DNA from: an uncultured Solirubrobacteraceae bacterium
Lineage (GTDB): Bacteria; Actinomycetota; Thermoleophilia; Solirubrobacterales; Solirubrobacteraceae
Length of the DNA stretch: 64,000 nucleotides
Reading direction: 5' to 3'
NCBI GenBank assembly: GCA_963735615.1
Contig: CAVTLO010000003.1
Span: 132,079-196,078 of the forward strand
Part shown: positions 49,558 to 60,853 of the stretch, piece by piece
Layout of the letters: every line of letters starts with the position of its first letter
How positions within the stretch are numbered: the first letter of the stretch is position 1
The notes under the pieces: model-generated
What the model was told of the DNA's origin: nothing
Seen by the model: the letters and a program-made list of their open reading frames with translations, nothing else
Databases searched by the model: none
Made by a program: the position numbers and the translations under genes

Positions 49558-49604
49558 AGGGCGACGACCGCAAGGCTAGTAGATCTTAGGTCTGTACTCG
49601 CGGC

Positions 49605-50030
49605 TTAGGTCTGCACTCGCGGGTCGTCGTTCGGGTCCAGGTAGTCGAGGCCCAGCGGCCCGATTGCTGTTACCTGGGTGATGTACTCGCCGGATCGTGC
49701 GCAGTGAAAGTGATGCGTGTCGCCGGGTAGAACGATGACGCTGCCGGGCGGATACGCCTCCAGCGCGTCGTCGTCGAACCGATCGCCGATGCCAATGTAG
49801 AAGATTCCTGAGATGACGGTGTAGATCCGATCCTCCGGGTGTTCGTGTGGCATCAGCCGCACGCCGGAGGGCACTTTGACCCTGATCACGTATGGGGCTG
49901 CCTGCTCGGGATCGCCAACGACGACGGCGAGCCGGACGGACGGCGGGAACGCGGGGAACGGCTTCCAATCGATGTCCTCGGGGAGGATCGATCTGAAGAC
50001 GCTCTGGCCCGGCTGATGGGCTCGACTCAT
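49605..50030 (-). CDS. Cupin domain protein (DUF4437-like)
   Basis: LMPHEHPEDRIYTVISG and LPGDTHHF cupin motifs. Confidence 0.8.
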   Translation of the reverse strand: MSRAHQPGQSVFRSILPEDIDWKPFPAFPPSVRLAVVVGDPEQAAPYVIRVKVPSGVRLMPHEHPEDRIYTVISGIFYIGIGDRFDDDALEAYPPGSVIVLPGDTHHFHCARSGEYITQVTAIGPLGLDYLDPNDDPRVQT

Positions 50031-50109
50031 AGGTCGCGAACCGTAATGCCGTCGTCTTGGATCACGACCATGCTGTCACCCACCTAGCGTAGCCCTCTGC
50101 GACCGAACC

Positions 50110-50706
50110 TCATGCGCCGATCGGCACGTGCCCCGGCTGCGCGGCGACCCGCTCGAGCCAGGAGCCGATCGCGGGATAGCGCTCGGGCGCAAAGCCGCCC
50201 TCGTGCGCGACGTGCGTGTACGCGTACAGCGCGATGTCGGCGATTGTGTAGCGCTCGGCGACGAGGAACGGGCTCGCGCGGAGATGGCGCTCGATTGCGT
50301 CCAACGCCGCGTAGCCGCCCTTCATCTTCTCCTCCAGGACCGCCTGCGTCGGCGGTGCCTTGGCGATGGCCATCCAGAACCGCACGACGGCGATGTATGG
50401 CTCGTGGCTGTACTGCTCGAAGAACATCCACTGCAGCACGCTGGCGCGCTCGAAGGCATCCTCGGGGAGATACGCGGTGCCGTCGGCGAGGTACCAGAGG
50501 ATCGCGTCGGACTCGCCGAGCGCACGGCCGTCGTCGAGCACGAGCGTGGGCACGCGCAGCGCGGGGTTGAGCTCGCCGAGCAGCTCCGCTCGACCCGAGC
50601 GGTCGATGACGTCGACCTCGCGTCGCTGGTAGTCGAGGCCGAGGTGCGCGAGCAGCAGCCGCACCTTGTAGCAATTGCCGGAGACCTGGGAGTTGTAGAG
50701 CAGCAC
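50110..50706 (-). CDS. Glutathione S-transferase family protein
   Basis: SGNCYKVRLLL, NPALRVPTL, LGESDAILWYLA, YTIADIALYAYTH. Confidence 0.9.
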   Translation of the reverse strand: MLLYNSQVSGNCYKVRLLLAHLGLDYQRREVDVIDRSGRAELLGELNPALRVPTLVLDDGRALGESDAILWYLADGTAYLPEDAFERASVLQWMFFEQYSHEPYIAVVRFWMAIAKAPPTQAVLEEKMKGGYAALDAIERHLRASPFLVAERYTIADIALYAYTHVAHEGGFAPERYPAIGSWLERVAAQPGHVPIGA

Positions 50707-50719
50707 TATTGTGCTCGCC

Positions 50720-51931
50720 ATGATGGCAACCAGAGACGCGGTGATCTGCCAGCCCCTGCGAACGCCGGTGGGGCGCTTCGGCGGCGTGTTCCGCGACGTT
50801 GGCGCGGCGGCGCTGGCGGCGACGGTGATCCGCGAGCTGGTGAGCCGCACGGGGCTGCACGGCGAGGACGTCGACGACGTGATCATGGGCCAGTGCTACG
50901 CGAGCGGCGAGGCGCCGGCGATCGGCCGCGTGGCGGCGCTCGACGCGGGGCTCCCGGTGGCGGTCCCGGGCCTGCAGGTCGACCGCCGCTGTGGCTCGGG
51001 GCTGCAGGCGGTGCTGTACGGCTGCATGCAGGTGCAGACGGGCGCGGCCGAGCTCGTGCTGGCGGGCGGCGTGGACAGTATGAGCCAGGCGGAGTTCTAC
51101 TCGACGCGGCCGCGCTGGGGCGTGAAGGGCGGCGCGATCAGGCTCGAGGATCGGCTTGAGCGCTCGCGCGTGAACGCGGGCGGCGCCAACCACCCGGTCC
51201 CGGGTGGGATGCTCGAGACGGCGGAGAACGTGCGACGCGAGTATGGGATCCCGCGGGAGGAGCAGGACGAGCTGGCGCTGCGCTCGCACGAACGCGCGGT
51301 CGCCGCCCAGAGCAATGGCGCGTTCGCGGAGGAGATCGTGCCGGTGACCACTCCGCGCGGTGACGTCGTTAACACCGACGAGCATCCGCGTGCGGACACG
51401 ACGCTTGAGGCGCTCGGCCGCCTGCGGGCGATCATGGGTGCGAGCGACCCGGCGGCGACGGTGACGGCGGGAAACAGCAGCGGTCAGAACGACGGCGCGG
51501 CGGTGTGCGTGGTGACGCACCCGGACAGGGCATCCGAGCTCGGCCTGCGGCCGCTGGCGCGCGTGGTGTCGTGGGCTGTGGCGGGCGTGGCGCCGGAGAC
51601 TATGGGCATCGGCCCGGTTCCGTCGACGGCGCTGGCGCTGGAGCGCGCGGGTGTGACGCTCGAGCAGCTCGACCTGATCGAGCTCAACGAGGCGTTTGCG
51701 TCACAGGTGCTGGCGGTGCTGCGGCAGTGGCGACTGCACGACGGCCTGGAGCGCGTCAACGTGAATGGGTCGGGCATCTCCCTCGGCCACCCCGTGGGCG
51801 CGACGGGTGCGCGAATCCTCGCAACCCTCCTGCACGAGATGCACAGGCGCGACGCGCGGCTTGGCTTGGAGACGATGTGCATCGGCGGCGGGCAGGGCCT
51901 AGCAGCGATCTTCGAACGCGTGGACGCATAG
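50720..51931 (+). CDS. Thiolase (acetyl-CoA C-acyltransferase)
   Basis: VDRRCGSGLQA, NEAFASQ, NVNGSGISLGHPVGATGAR, MCIGGGQG. Confidence 0.93.
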   Translation: MMATRDAVICQPLRTPVGRFGGVFRDVGAAALAATVIRELVSRTGLHGEDVDDVIMGQCYASGEAPAIGRVAALDAGLPVAVPGLQVDRRCGSGLQAVLYGCMQVQTGAAELVLAGGVDSMSQAEFYSTRPRWGVKGGAIRLEDRLERSRVNAGGANHPVPGGMLETAENVRREYGIPREEQDELALRSHERAVAAQSNGAFAEEIVPVTTPRGDVVNTDEHPRADTTLEALGRLRAIMGASDPAATVTAGNSSGQNDGAAVCVVTHPDRASELGLRPLARVVSWAVAGVAPETMGIGPVPSTALALERAGVTLEQLDLIELNEAFASQVLAVLRQWRLHDGLERVNVNGSGISLGHPVGATGARILATLLHEMHRRDARLGLETMCIGGGQGLAAIFERVDA

Positions 51932-51944
51932 TCCCGCCCGCTCC

Positions 51945-52274
51945 CTACGAGGCGACGCCGACGCGGACGCGGACACCGCGCTCGGACGTGCGCCCGGCAC
52001 GCCTGGCGCTGTGCTCGGGGCAGTAGACGCCGCGCACGCGACCGTCGCGCAGCCCATACGCGCGCCACTGCCCGCCACGCCACAGGAAGCAGAAGAACTG
52101 ATCTTCGCGCGCGGGCGCGCGTTCGAGCTCGCGAGCCCACGCGGCGCTGGCGATGCGCGCGGGAACTGTGGCCTGGCAAGAACAACCGTCGGCGAGGTAG
52201 CCGGAGGACACGCAGCGCAGCAGCCGATCGATGTGGGTCTCGTGCTCGATGGGTATCAATGTTTGTATGTGCAT
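51945..52274 (-). CDS. Small hypothetical protein
   Basis: 109-aa ORF downstream of an AT-rich, promoter-like stretch (52255-52385); no recognised motif. Confidence 0.3.
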   Translation of the reverse strand: MHIQTLIPIEHETHIDRLLRCVSSGYLADGCSCQATVPARIASAAWARELERAPAREDQFFCFLWRGGQWRAYGLRDGRVRGVYCPEHSARRAGRTSERGVRVRVGVAS

Positions 52275-52443
52275 CGGATGTCACTGCACCTTTCGGGCAA
52301 TTCTGTGTCGTACTTTTCGGGCTTTCGCCGATTTTGTGCGGCTTCTCCGCAAATTTGGACGAATTTGGACGTATGTACTACCCGCAAGCGCCGGCATCCA
52401 AACATCCGCCGGCGCGGCGCCAGCTCGAGCCCCGTTGTCGGCG

Positions 52444-53265
52444 TCAGCGTCCTCGCGAACTGTCCCGCCGCAGGCGATGCACGCGGCGAAGTTCTTCGAC
52501 GGCCTCGTCATAGCCGCCGAGCGCGGCGCGGGGGCCGTCGCCGAGCAGCTCGACGTCGACGCGCTTGCGCATGAGCTCGCCTTCGATGGCGTCGACGCGC
52601 TGGGCGCCGGCGCTGGGGCGGGAGCTGACGGTGCGATCGAGGCGCTCGCCGCGGAACAGCAGCCCGACGCCGTCGTCGAGCGCCCAGCCGCCCGGGAGCG
52701 TGCCATCGCGCACGTTGGCGAGCCAGACGGGCAGGCGCTCGGGCTCGCCGTCGGCGTGGACGGTGAGCGAGCCGTCGAGGATGCCGAGGCCGGCGATCGG
52801 CTCGGGCGGCCCGCTCGAGCGCGTGATGCCTCCGTGAAACCAGCACATGGCGCCTGCGCTGAGCCCGGCGAGCACGGTGCCGCTCTGCCACGCTTGTACG
52901 AGCAGGCTGTCGAGCCCGTGGGCGCGCCAGAGGGCAAGCAGGTTGCGCATGGAGCCGCCGCCGACGTAGATGATGTCCTGGATCAGCACGGTGTCGGCGA
53001 GCGAGCGTGTGGAGTCGCGCAGGTGGAACAGCGACAGCTGCTCGGGTATGCACGCGCGCTCGGCGAAGCGGGCCTTGAAGGCGTTGATCTGCGAGGTGGT
53101 GTCGCCGGAGGCGGTCGGCAGAAACAGGATGCGCGGCTCGCCGACGTCGGCGAGCGACAGCACGAAGTCGTCGAGCAGCGGGTTGTTGGGCTCCATCGTG
53201 AAGCCGCCTCCGCCCATCGCAAAGATCAGCCGCTCGTGCGGGTCGACGACGGGTCGGTTGCTCAC
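52444..53265 (-). CDS. Peptidase S51 (dipeptidase E) family protein
   Basis: AMGGGGF, FLPTASGD, IYVGGGSMRNL, AGLSAGAMCWF; GTG start overlaps the upstream TGA. Confidence 0.85.
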   Translation of the reverse strand: MSNRPVVDPHERLIFAMGGGGFTMEPNNPLLDDFVLSLADVGEPRILFLPTASGDTTSQINAFKARFAERACIPEQLSLFHLRDSTRSLADTVLIQDIIYVGGGSMRNLLALWRAHGLDSLLVQAWQSGTVLAGLSAGAMCWFHGGITRSSGPPEPIAGLGILDGSLTVHADGEPERLPVWLANVRDGTLPGGWALDDGVGLLFRGERLDRTVSSRPSAGAQRVDAIEGELMRKRVDVELLGDGPRAALGGYDEAVEELRRVHRLRRDSSRGR

Positions 53266-54134
53266 GCTGGGACCGCCTCTCGCTTGGCGCGATCCCGCCT
53301 GCCAGCTCCGGGCATGACGCGTCCGGCCTCGGTACGCGACTCCTGCGCGTGCGCAGCGGGGGCGTGCTCGTCCTCGCCGCGCGCGTCCACGACGGGCGCG
53401 TCCACGGCGGGCGTGCCAACGCCGAGCTGCGTGACCTGTAGGCGCGTCTCGCGCACGCCGTCGTTGCAGGGCTCGACTAGGAAGGCGCCGCCGCGGGGGC
53501 GCGAGCTGACGGCACGCTCGAGGTGGGGCCCGTTGAAGTGCAGCGCGACGCCATCCTCGGCGGCGTAGCCGGCGCGCATGCCGTCGGCGACGAAGCGGTG
53601 GTACTCGACGCGGCGGGCGGGCTCGGCGTCGTAGTGGACGCAGTTGGAGTAGGGCAGCAAGCCGAGTCCGCGCACGATGCGGGGCGCACCGTGGAAGGCG
53701 CTGAGCGCCTGCTCGAACCAGCAGAGCGACCCGGCGGAGGGGCCGCAGAGGACGATGCCACGCCGCCAGGCTCTGCGCAGGATCGCGTCGAGCCCGTGCG
53801 CGCGCCAGGCGCCGAGCATGCTGAGCACGTTGCCGCCGCCGACGTAGATGAGGTCCTGTGCGAGTAGGTGGCTTGCGAGGTTGTCCTCGACGCCGCCGGT
53901 GCCCTGGTCGCGGCGGAACAGTGACACGTGGCTGGCGTCGCAGTCGGATGAGAAGCGCCGATAGAAGCGCACGACGTAGTGGTCGGCGTCGCCGGAGGCG
54001 GTGGGCAGGAAGCACACACGCGGCCTGGCGGCACGGGTGAGCGACAGTACGTAATCGTCGAGCAGCGAGCCGCTCCCCTCCATCGAGAAGCCGCCGCCGC
54101 CTAGCGCGACGATTTGGGGAGCTCTGTTTGGCAT
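53262..54134 (-). CDS. Peptidase S51 (dipeptidase E) family protein, second paralog
   Basis: ALGGGGFS, FLPTASGD, IYVGGGN, CGPSAGSLCWF, SNCVHYD. Confidence 0.85.
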   Translation of the reverse strand: MPNRAPQIVALGGGGFSMEGSGSLLDDYVLSLTRAARPRVCFLPTASGDADHYVVRFYRRFSSDCDASHVSLFRRDQGTGGVEDNLASHLLAQDLIYVGGGNVLSMLGAWRAHGLDAILRRAWRRGIVLCGPSAGSLCWFEQALSAFHGAPRIVRGLGLLPYSNCVHYDAEPARRVEYHRFVADGMRAGYAAEDGVALHFNGPHLERAVSSRPRGGAFLVEPCNDGVRETRLQVTQLGVGTPAVDAPVVDARGEDEHAPAAHAQESRTEAGRVMPGAGRRDRAKREAVPA

Positions 54135-54377
54135 GACCCTCTCCCTCGGCTGGGGACGCGGTACGAACAGCCTGCGCGTTAGCGTGCCGCAGATCGCGCG
54201 CCGCGGGTATGGACCGGCGTCCCACATGGCCACGCTGACAATCGACATTCGCCCAGGCGAGCGCCGTATCACTATGGCTATACGGCGCTCGCGTGAAGAA
54301 ACATTGCGTGCCATCACACTCGCCGGGAGGCGGTCGCGAGCTGGCCCCTAAAGGCCCCTACACCTACAGTGTCGAGC

Positions 54378-55282
<905 letters not shown>

Positions 55283-55286
<4 letters not shown>

Positions 55287-56137
55287 GCGCGCAGGCACAG
55301 GCAGAGACTCCGGGGGCGGGCACGCCGGCGGGCGGGGCGGCGTCGGCGGGCGCGAATACGACGCGCCGCGTGGGCCGTCTGGAACCGGCGGCGCTGGCGG
55401 GGGTGATGAGCCGCGACGTGGCGATCTTCGGGCGATACTGGAAGGCGACGACGTTTTCGTCGATCGTGCAGCCGACGATCTACCTGCTGGCGTTCGGCCT
55501 GGGCTTCGGCACGCTCGTGAAAACGATCGGGCATGTGAAGACGATCGAGTACATCGGGACGGGGACGGTGGCGACGGCGGTGCTGTTCTCGTCGGCGTTT
55601 CCGGGGATGTTCAACACGTTCATCCGCTGGCAGTTCCAGCGCACGTACGACGCGGTGCTGGCGGCGCCGGTGGACGTGGAGGAGCTGATCACGGCGGAGG
55701 TGCTGTGGATCTCGCTGCGCGCGGGCGTGTATGGGATGGCGCCGATTCTGGTGGCGTTCGCGTTCGGCTTGTCGCCGGAATGGGGGATGCTGCTGGTGCC
55801 GCTGATCGGCTTCGTGACGGGCTTCGGCTTCGCGGCGTTCGGCGTGACGGTGGCGGCGGTGGCGAAGACGATCGACAACTTCAACTACATAACGAGCGCG
55901 GTGTTGACGCCGATGTTCCTGGTGGCGGGCACATTCTTCCCGGTTTCCTCGCTCCCGGCGGGCATTCGCCAGGTGGCGTACGTGAACCCGCTGTACCACT
56001 GCGTGCAGCTGGTGCGCGACGCGTCGCTGGGCACGCTCGGCACAGCAGATCTAGGCCACGCGGCGGTGCTGCTGGCGTTTGCGCTGATCATGTGGCGCCT
56101 GGCGATCTCCCAACTGGGCAAACGCCTGATCGATTGA
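55283..56137 (+). CDS. ABC-2 type permease (NodJ-like)
   Basis: Six TMs; LTPMFLVAGTFFPV..LP; NPLYHCVQLVR. Confidence 0.88.
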
Positions 56138-56205
56138 GCAGGGTGCTTATGCAACTTTGAGGTTGGGCACACGCTGGTCCTACACGCGGCGGCGAAGCTG
56201 CGTGC

Positions 56206-58536
56206 ATGAGCTTTCGATGGGAGACACGTTCGGCCGCGTCTGGGACAGCGTCGGCGGCGCCGGTCACTACACCTGCTGGCGTTGCGTGGGGAGCGCGGGC
56301 GCGCTCACGAGCACGGGCGTTGGCGCTGCGCGCGCCGCACCCGGAGCTGGCGGCGGTGATGTCGCTGGCGGCGCTTTTGAACCTGTGGGCGCTGGCGCGC
56401 AACGGCTGGGCGAACGAGTACTACGCGGCGGCGGTACGCTCGATGAGCACGAGTTGGCACGACTTCCTGTTCGCGTCTCTGGACAAGACGGGTGTTATGA
56501 CGGTGGACAAGCCGCCGCTGGCGCTGTGGGTACAGGCGCTGTCGGTGCGCGTGTTCGGCTATGACTCGCTGAGCATCTTGGTGCCGCAGGCGCTGATGGG
56601 CGTGGCGAGCGTGGCGCTGGTGTACGACGTGGTGCGCCGGCGCTTTGGGCGCGTTGGCGGCTTCGTGGCGGGCCTGGCGCTGGCGCTGACGCCGATTGCG
56701 GTGGCGGTGTCGCGCCACAACAACCCGGACGCACTACTGGTGCTGTGCTGCGTGGCGGCGCTGTGGTGCACGGTGCGCGGGCTGGAGAACCGCCGCACCC
56801 GCTGGTTGGTCCTGGCGGGCGTGTGCGTGGGTCTTGGCTTTGAGACGAAGATGCTGGTGGCGCTGGTGGTGGTGCCGGGCATCGTGGCGGCGTGGCTGTG
56901 GACGGCGCCTGCAGTTCGTGGGCGCGTGCACGCGCTGCGCCAGCTGCTGGCGGGCGGCGGCGCGATGCTGCTGGTGGGCGGCGCGTGGCCGCTGCTGGTG
57001 GAACTGACGCCGGCGGCGGACCGCCCGTGGGTTTCGGGCACGAGCGACAACCGCATCCTGTCGCTGATCTTCGAATACAACGGCGTCGGCCGCGTGGACG
57101 GCCAGGCGGGCGGTCCGGCGGGTGCGGGCGGGAACATGTTCGGCGGTACGCCGGGGCCGCTGCGCCTGTTGAACTCGGCGCTGGGCGGTCAGGCGGGCTG
57201 GCTGCTGGGCTTCGCGCTGGTGAGCGGCCTGGCGATCGTTGCCACCAGTCGCCTGCGCCGCGCGGATGCACGCAGCGGCTGGCTTGTGGCGGTGGGCGGC
57301 GCATTTGCGACGACTGCGGTCCTGTTCAGCTTCGCGAGCGGCATTTTCCACCCGTACTACGTGTCGCTGCTGGCGCCGTTCGCGGCGGCGTTGACGGGCG
57401 CGGGCGCGGCCCAGCTGACCGGCGGCGGGCGCGTGGCGCGCGTGGCGGCGCCGCTGGCAGTGCTTGCGGGCGTGGTGGTGGAGCTGATGGTGCGCGCGGA
57501 CTACCCGGGGCAGCTGACGTGGCTGGCGCCGGTGCTGATCGTGGTGGGCGCGCTGGCGGCGCTGGCGCTGCTTGCGTTCAGTTCGCGGAAGGTACGCATG
57601 GCAGCTATGGGTGCGGCGCTGGCGGCGCTGCTGGCGGCGCCGGCGGTGTGGGCGTTCGACACGCTCGGCCACGCGACGAGCGGCACGTTCCCGGCGGGCG
57701 GGCCGGCGTCGGCTGAGAGCGGCGGCTTCGGCGGTCCGGGCGGCGTTGGCGGATCGGGTGGCTTTGGCGGCAGCGGGCGCCGCGCCGGTTTCGGTGCGCC
57801 GGCGGGCGGCTCGGGCCGACTTGGTGGCGCCTCGGGCCGGGCGGGTGGTCCCCCGGGCGCGACGGAAGCTGGAGCCGGCGGGACCGGTGCGCCGCCGCAG
57901 TTGTTCGGCTCCGGCCGGGCAGGCGGAACCGCGGGCAGCGCGGTCGGAGCTCCGGGCGCGGGCGCGCCGGGCTCCGCGGGTACGGCCTCGGGCGCATTCC
58001 CGGGCATCGGTGGGACGCGCGGCGGTGGCGGCGGAGCGCTCGGCGCTCCGATGGGCGGCAGCGTGTCGAGCGCGATGCTGGCGTATGTGGAGCAGCACGG
58101 GGGCGGCACGATCGCGGTGGCGAGCCAGTCGAACGCGGCGTCGTCGATCGTGGCGGGGAACACGAACGTGGCGGGCATTGGCGGCTTCTCGGGACGTGAG
58201 AGTGACGTGAGCGTGTCGTGGCTGGCGTACGAGGTACGCACGGGCAAGATCCGCTGGGTGCTTTACGAACAGAGCTCGGGCGGTCCGGGAGGCGGCGTGC
58301 GGGGCGACACGCGCACGGGCGCGAAGACTGCGATGGCGGCGGTGGCGCGTGAGTGCGAGGCGGTGACGCTGCCGTCGAGCGCCTCAGGTGTATCGAGCGC
58401 GTCCGGCGCCTCAGGCACGCCGAGCGCGTCGGGCGGGTCGGGCGCGGTGGGCACGCTGGGCGCGGCTGGGACGCTGTACGACTGCGCGGGCCGCGCGACA
58501 GCGCTGGCGAGCGCGGGCACGCAACAATCAAGCTGA
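56206..58536 (+). CDS. GT39/ArnT-like membrane glycosyltransferase with a Gly-rich insert
   Basis: ANEYYAAAV, TVDKPP, HNNPDALL, GFETKML, FHPYY. Confidence 0.85.
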   Translation: MSFRWETRSAASGTASAAPVTTPAGVAWGARARSRARALALRAPHPELAAVMSLAALLNLWALARNGWANEYYAAAVRSMSTSWHDFLFASLDKTGVMTVDKPPLALWVQALSVRVFGYDSLSILVPQALMGVASVALVYDVVRRRFGRVGGFVAGLALALTPIAVAVSRHNNPDALLVLCCVAALWCTVRGLENRRTRWLVLAGVCVGLGFETKMLVALVVVPGIVAAWLWTAPAVRGRVHALRQLLAGGGAMLLVGGAWPLLVELTPAADRPWVSGTSDNRILSLIFEYNGVGRVDGQAGGPAGAGGNMFGGTPGPLRLLNSALGGQAGWLLGFALVSGLAIVATSRLRRADARSGWLVAVGGAFATTAVLFSFASGIFHPYYVSLLAPFAAALTGAGAAQLTGGGRVARVAAPLAVLAGVVVELMVRADYPGQLTWLAPVLIVVGALAALALLAFSSRKVRMAAMGAALAALLAAPAVWAFDTLGHATSGTFPAGGPASAESGGFGGPGGVGGSGGFGGSGRRAGFGAPAGGSGRLGGASGRAGGPPGATEAGAGGTGAPPQLFGSGRAGGTAGSAVGAPGAGAPGSAGTASGAFPGIGGTRGGGGGALGAPMGGSVSSAMLAYVEQHGGGTIAVASQSNAASSIVAGNTNVAGIGGFSGRESDVSVSWLAYEVRTGKIRWVLYEQSSGGPGGGVRGDTRTGAKTAMAAVARECEAVTLPSSASGVSSASGASGTPSASGGSGAVGTLGAAGTLYDCAGRATALASAGTQQSS

Positions 58537-59210
58537 TGCGGATCCTGGTGGTGGACGACGACCGCGCGGTGCGCGAAGCGCTGCGCCGCACGCTGACGCT
58601 GGCGGGATACGAGGTGCAGCTGGCGGAGGACGGCGAGGCGGCGCTCGAGCAGGTCGTGCAGGCGGAGCCGGAGGCGGTGGTGCTGGACGTGGGGCTGCCT
58701 GGGATCGACGGCCTGGAGGTGTGCAGACTGGTGCGCCGCGCGGGCAGCCGCGTGCCGATCCTGATCCTGACGGCGCGCGACGCGGTGGCGGACAGGATCG
58801 ACGGCCTGGACGTGGGCGCGGACGACTACATGCTGAAGCCGTTTGACGTGGGCGAGCTGAAGGCGCGGTTGCGGGCGCTGCTGCGTCGCGCGAAACCGCA
58901 GGAGGACCCGGACGCGCTGTCGTTCGCGGAGGTGCGCCTGGATCCGAACCGCCACGGCGCGCAGGTGGGCGAGAGCTTTGTGGAGCTGACGCGCACGGAG
59001 TACCAGCTGCTGGAGCTGCTGATGCTGAACCCGCGGCGGGTGCTGTCGCATAGCGTGATCTATGACCGCGTGTGGGGCTATGACTTCGGCCCGACGTCGA
59101 ACGCGCTGCGCGTGTATATCGGCTATCTGCGCCGCAAGCTGGAGGACGCGGGCGCGCGCGAGCTGATCCACACGGTGCGCGGCGTCGGCTATGCGCTGCG
59201 CGAGCCGTGA
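58536..59210 (+). CDS. OmpR-family response regulator (MprA-like)
   Basis: ILVVDDD, VLDVGLPGIDG, ADDYMLKPF, LRVYIGYLRRKL, TVRGVGY. Confidence 0.93.
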   Translation: MRILVVDDDRAVREALRRTLTLAGYEVQLAEDGEAALEQVVQAEPEAVVLDVGLPGIDGLEVCRLVRRAGSRVPILILTARDAVADRIDGLDVGADDYMLKPFDVGELKARLRALLRRAKPQEDPDALSFAEVRLDPNRHGAQVGESFVELTRTEYQLLELLMLNPRRVLSHSVIYDRVWGYDFGPTSNALRVYIGYLRRKLEDAGARELIHTVRGVGYALREP

Positions 59211-59266
59211 GCGATGGTCGCGGACGATGACGTGATCGCCGGGCCCCTCGAGCATGTGGGCAGGCG

Positions 59267-60826
59267 GTGACCCTGCGCACACGGATAGCGGCGGTGGCGA
59301 GCGTGTCGGTGGCGCTGGCGGTGCTGGCGGCGGCGATCGGCCTGTACGCGGCGGTGCGCTCGGATCTGCGCGGCGAAGTCGACAACAACCTGCGCTCGCG
59401 CGCGCGAGCGTTTGTCGCTCCGCCTGGGCGGGGCGGTCCGACGAAGCAGGCGGACGATGGGGTCGCTCCGGGCGGGGGCAGGATCGCTGGCGACGGGGCG
59501 GCTGGGGGCGCTGGTGCCGGTGGGGCCCCTGGCGGCGGATATGCCGGCGGCGGTGGTCCGCCGGGCGCGGGCGGCTCATACCCGGGCGCTGGCAAAGGGC
59601 GCGCGGACGGCTTCCCTGGCAGCGTTGAACCGGCGCCGTTCGGGGCGGCGTCGGGCTACGTGGAGTTCATCTCGCCGCAGGGGCAGGTGTTCGTTCCAGG
59701 CGGTCAGGGCTCGTCATCGAGGAAGATCGCGCTGACGGCTGGCGACCGGGCGATCGCGGCGCGCGGGGGCGGCAGTAGCCTGAGCGAGCGCACGGTCGAT
59801 CACACGAAGCTTCGCGTGCTGACGCTCGGCACGGGCGTGGGCGGCGCGGTGCTGGTGGCGCAGCCGCTGACGGAGGTCGAACACGAGCTGAGCAACCTGC
59901 TGCTGATCCTGGCGCTGATCGGCGGCGGTGGCGTGGTGCTTGCGGCTTTGCTGGGGGCGCTGGTGGCACGCACGGCGCTGGCGCCGATCGGCCGCTTCAC
60001 GCAGCGCACGGAGTCGCTGACGGGCAACGTGGATCTGTCGCGCAGGCTGGAGGTGGAGGGGCGCGACGAGCTGGCGCGGCTTGCGGACAGCTTCAACGGC
60101 ACGCTGGACGCGCTCGAGCGCTCAGTGCAGGCGCAGCGCCATCTGATCGCGGATGCGAGTCACGAGCTGCGCACGCCGATCTCCTCGCTGCGTGCGAACA
60201 TCCAGATCCTGGGCGAGGCCGACCGGCTGTCCCCGGCGGAGCAGGCGAGCCTGCGCGCGGACATCGTCGCGGAGCTGGACGAGCTGACTGCGCTGGTGGG
60301 CGACGTGGTCGAGCTGGCGCGCGGCGCGGCGCCGGACGGCGCGGTCGACGACGTGCGCCTGGACGAGGTGCTGCAAGGCGTGGTAGAGAGCGCGCGTCGG
60401 CGTGCCGACCGACCGGGCGGGGTTAGCTTCGAGCTGAGCGTGGAGCCGACGATCGTGCGCGGACAGGCGGATCGGATCGCCCGCGCGGTGTCGAACTTGG
60501 TGGACAACGCGCGCAAGTGGAGCCCGGATGGCGCGGCGGTGGAGGTGGCGCTGAAGGACGGCGTGCTAAGCGTGCGCGACCATGGGCCGGGCTTTCAGGA
60601 GGCGGATCTGCCGTTCGTGTTCGACCGCTTCTACCGCGCAAACGATGCTCGCAAGCTCCCCGGCTCGGGTCTGGGACTGGCGATCGTGCGTCAGGCGGCG
60701 GAGGCGTGCGGCGGCTTCGCAGAAGCCCAGAACGCCCCAGGCGGCGGCGCGCTGCTACGGGTGAGCTTCGGCTCGGTCGAGGAGTTCAGCCCGGCTGAGA
60801 GCGCTACGGGACTGAGCCATTTTTGA
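59267..60826 (+). CDS. HAMP + HisKA sensor histidine kinase (MprB-like)
   Basis: DASHELRTP, NLVDNARKW, VRDHGPG, FDRFYRA, GSGLGLAIV. Confidence 0.92.
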   Translation: MTLRTRIAAVASVSVALAVLAAAIGLYAAVRSDLRGEVDNNLRSRARAFVAPPGRGGPTKQADDGVAPGGGRIAGDGAAGGAGAGGAPGGGYAGGGGPPGAGGSYPGAGKGRADGFPGSVEPAPFGAASGYVEFISPQGQVFVPGGQGSSSRKIALTAGDRAIAARGGGSSLSERTVDHTKLRVLTLGTGVGGAVLVAQPLTEVEHELSNLLLILALIGGGGVVLAALLGALVARTALAPIGRFTQRTESLTGNVDLSRRLEVEGRDELARLADSFNGTLDALERSVQAQRHLIADASHELRTPISSLRANIQILGEADRLSPAEQASLRADIVAELDELTALVGDVVELARGAAPDGAVDDVRLDEVLQGVVESARRRADRPGGVSFELSVEPTIVRGQADRIARAVSNLVDNARKWSPDGAAVEVALKDGVLSVRDHGPGFQEADLPFVFDRFYRANDARKLPGSGLGLAIVRQAAEACGGFAEAQNAPGGGALLRVSFGSVEEFSPAESATGLSHF

Positions 60827-60840
60827 TACCATATTGGTAT
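60826..60840. promoter_or_regulatory. Palindromic operator overlapping a -10-like box
   Basis: ATACCA-TAT-TGGTAT, AT-rich in a GC-rich context, immediately before the HTH gene; contains TACCAT. Confidence 0.55.
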
Positions 60841-60853
60841 AAGGGGCGGGAAT

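Noticed and set aside
52444-54317. 593-aa and 351-aa versions of the peptidase E genes
   Set aside because: The extensions are shadow frames; the family N-terminal motifs begin at 53265 and 54134.
57700-59640. Gly/Ala-rich low-complexity stretches in the GT39 and histidine kinase genes as repeat elements
   Set aside because: They are in-frame flexible linkers, common in actinobacterial homologs, with no nucleotide-level periodic repeat.
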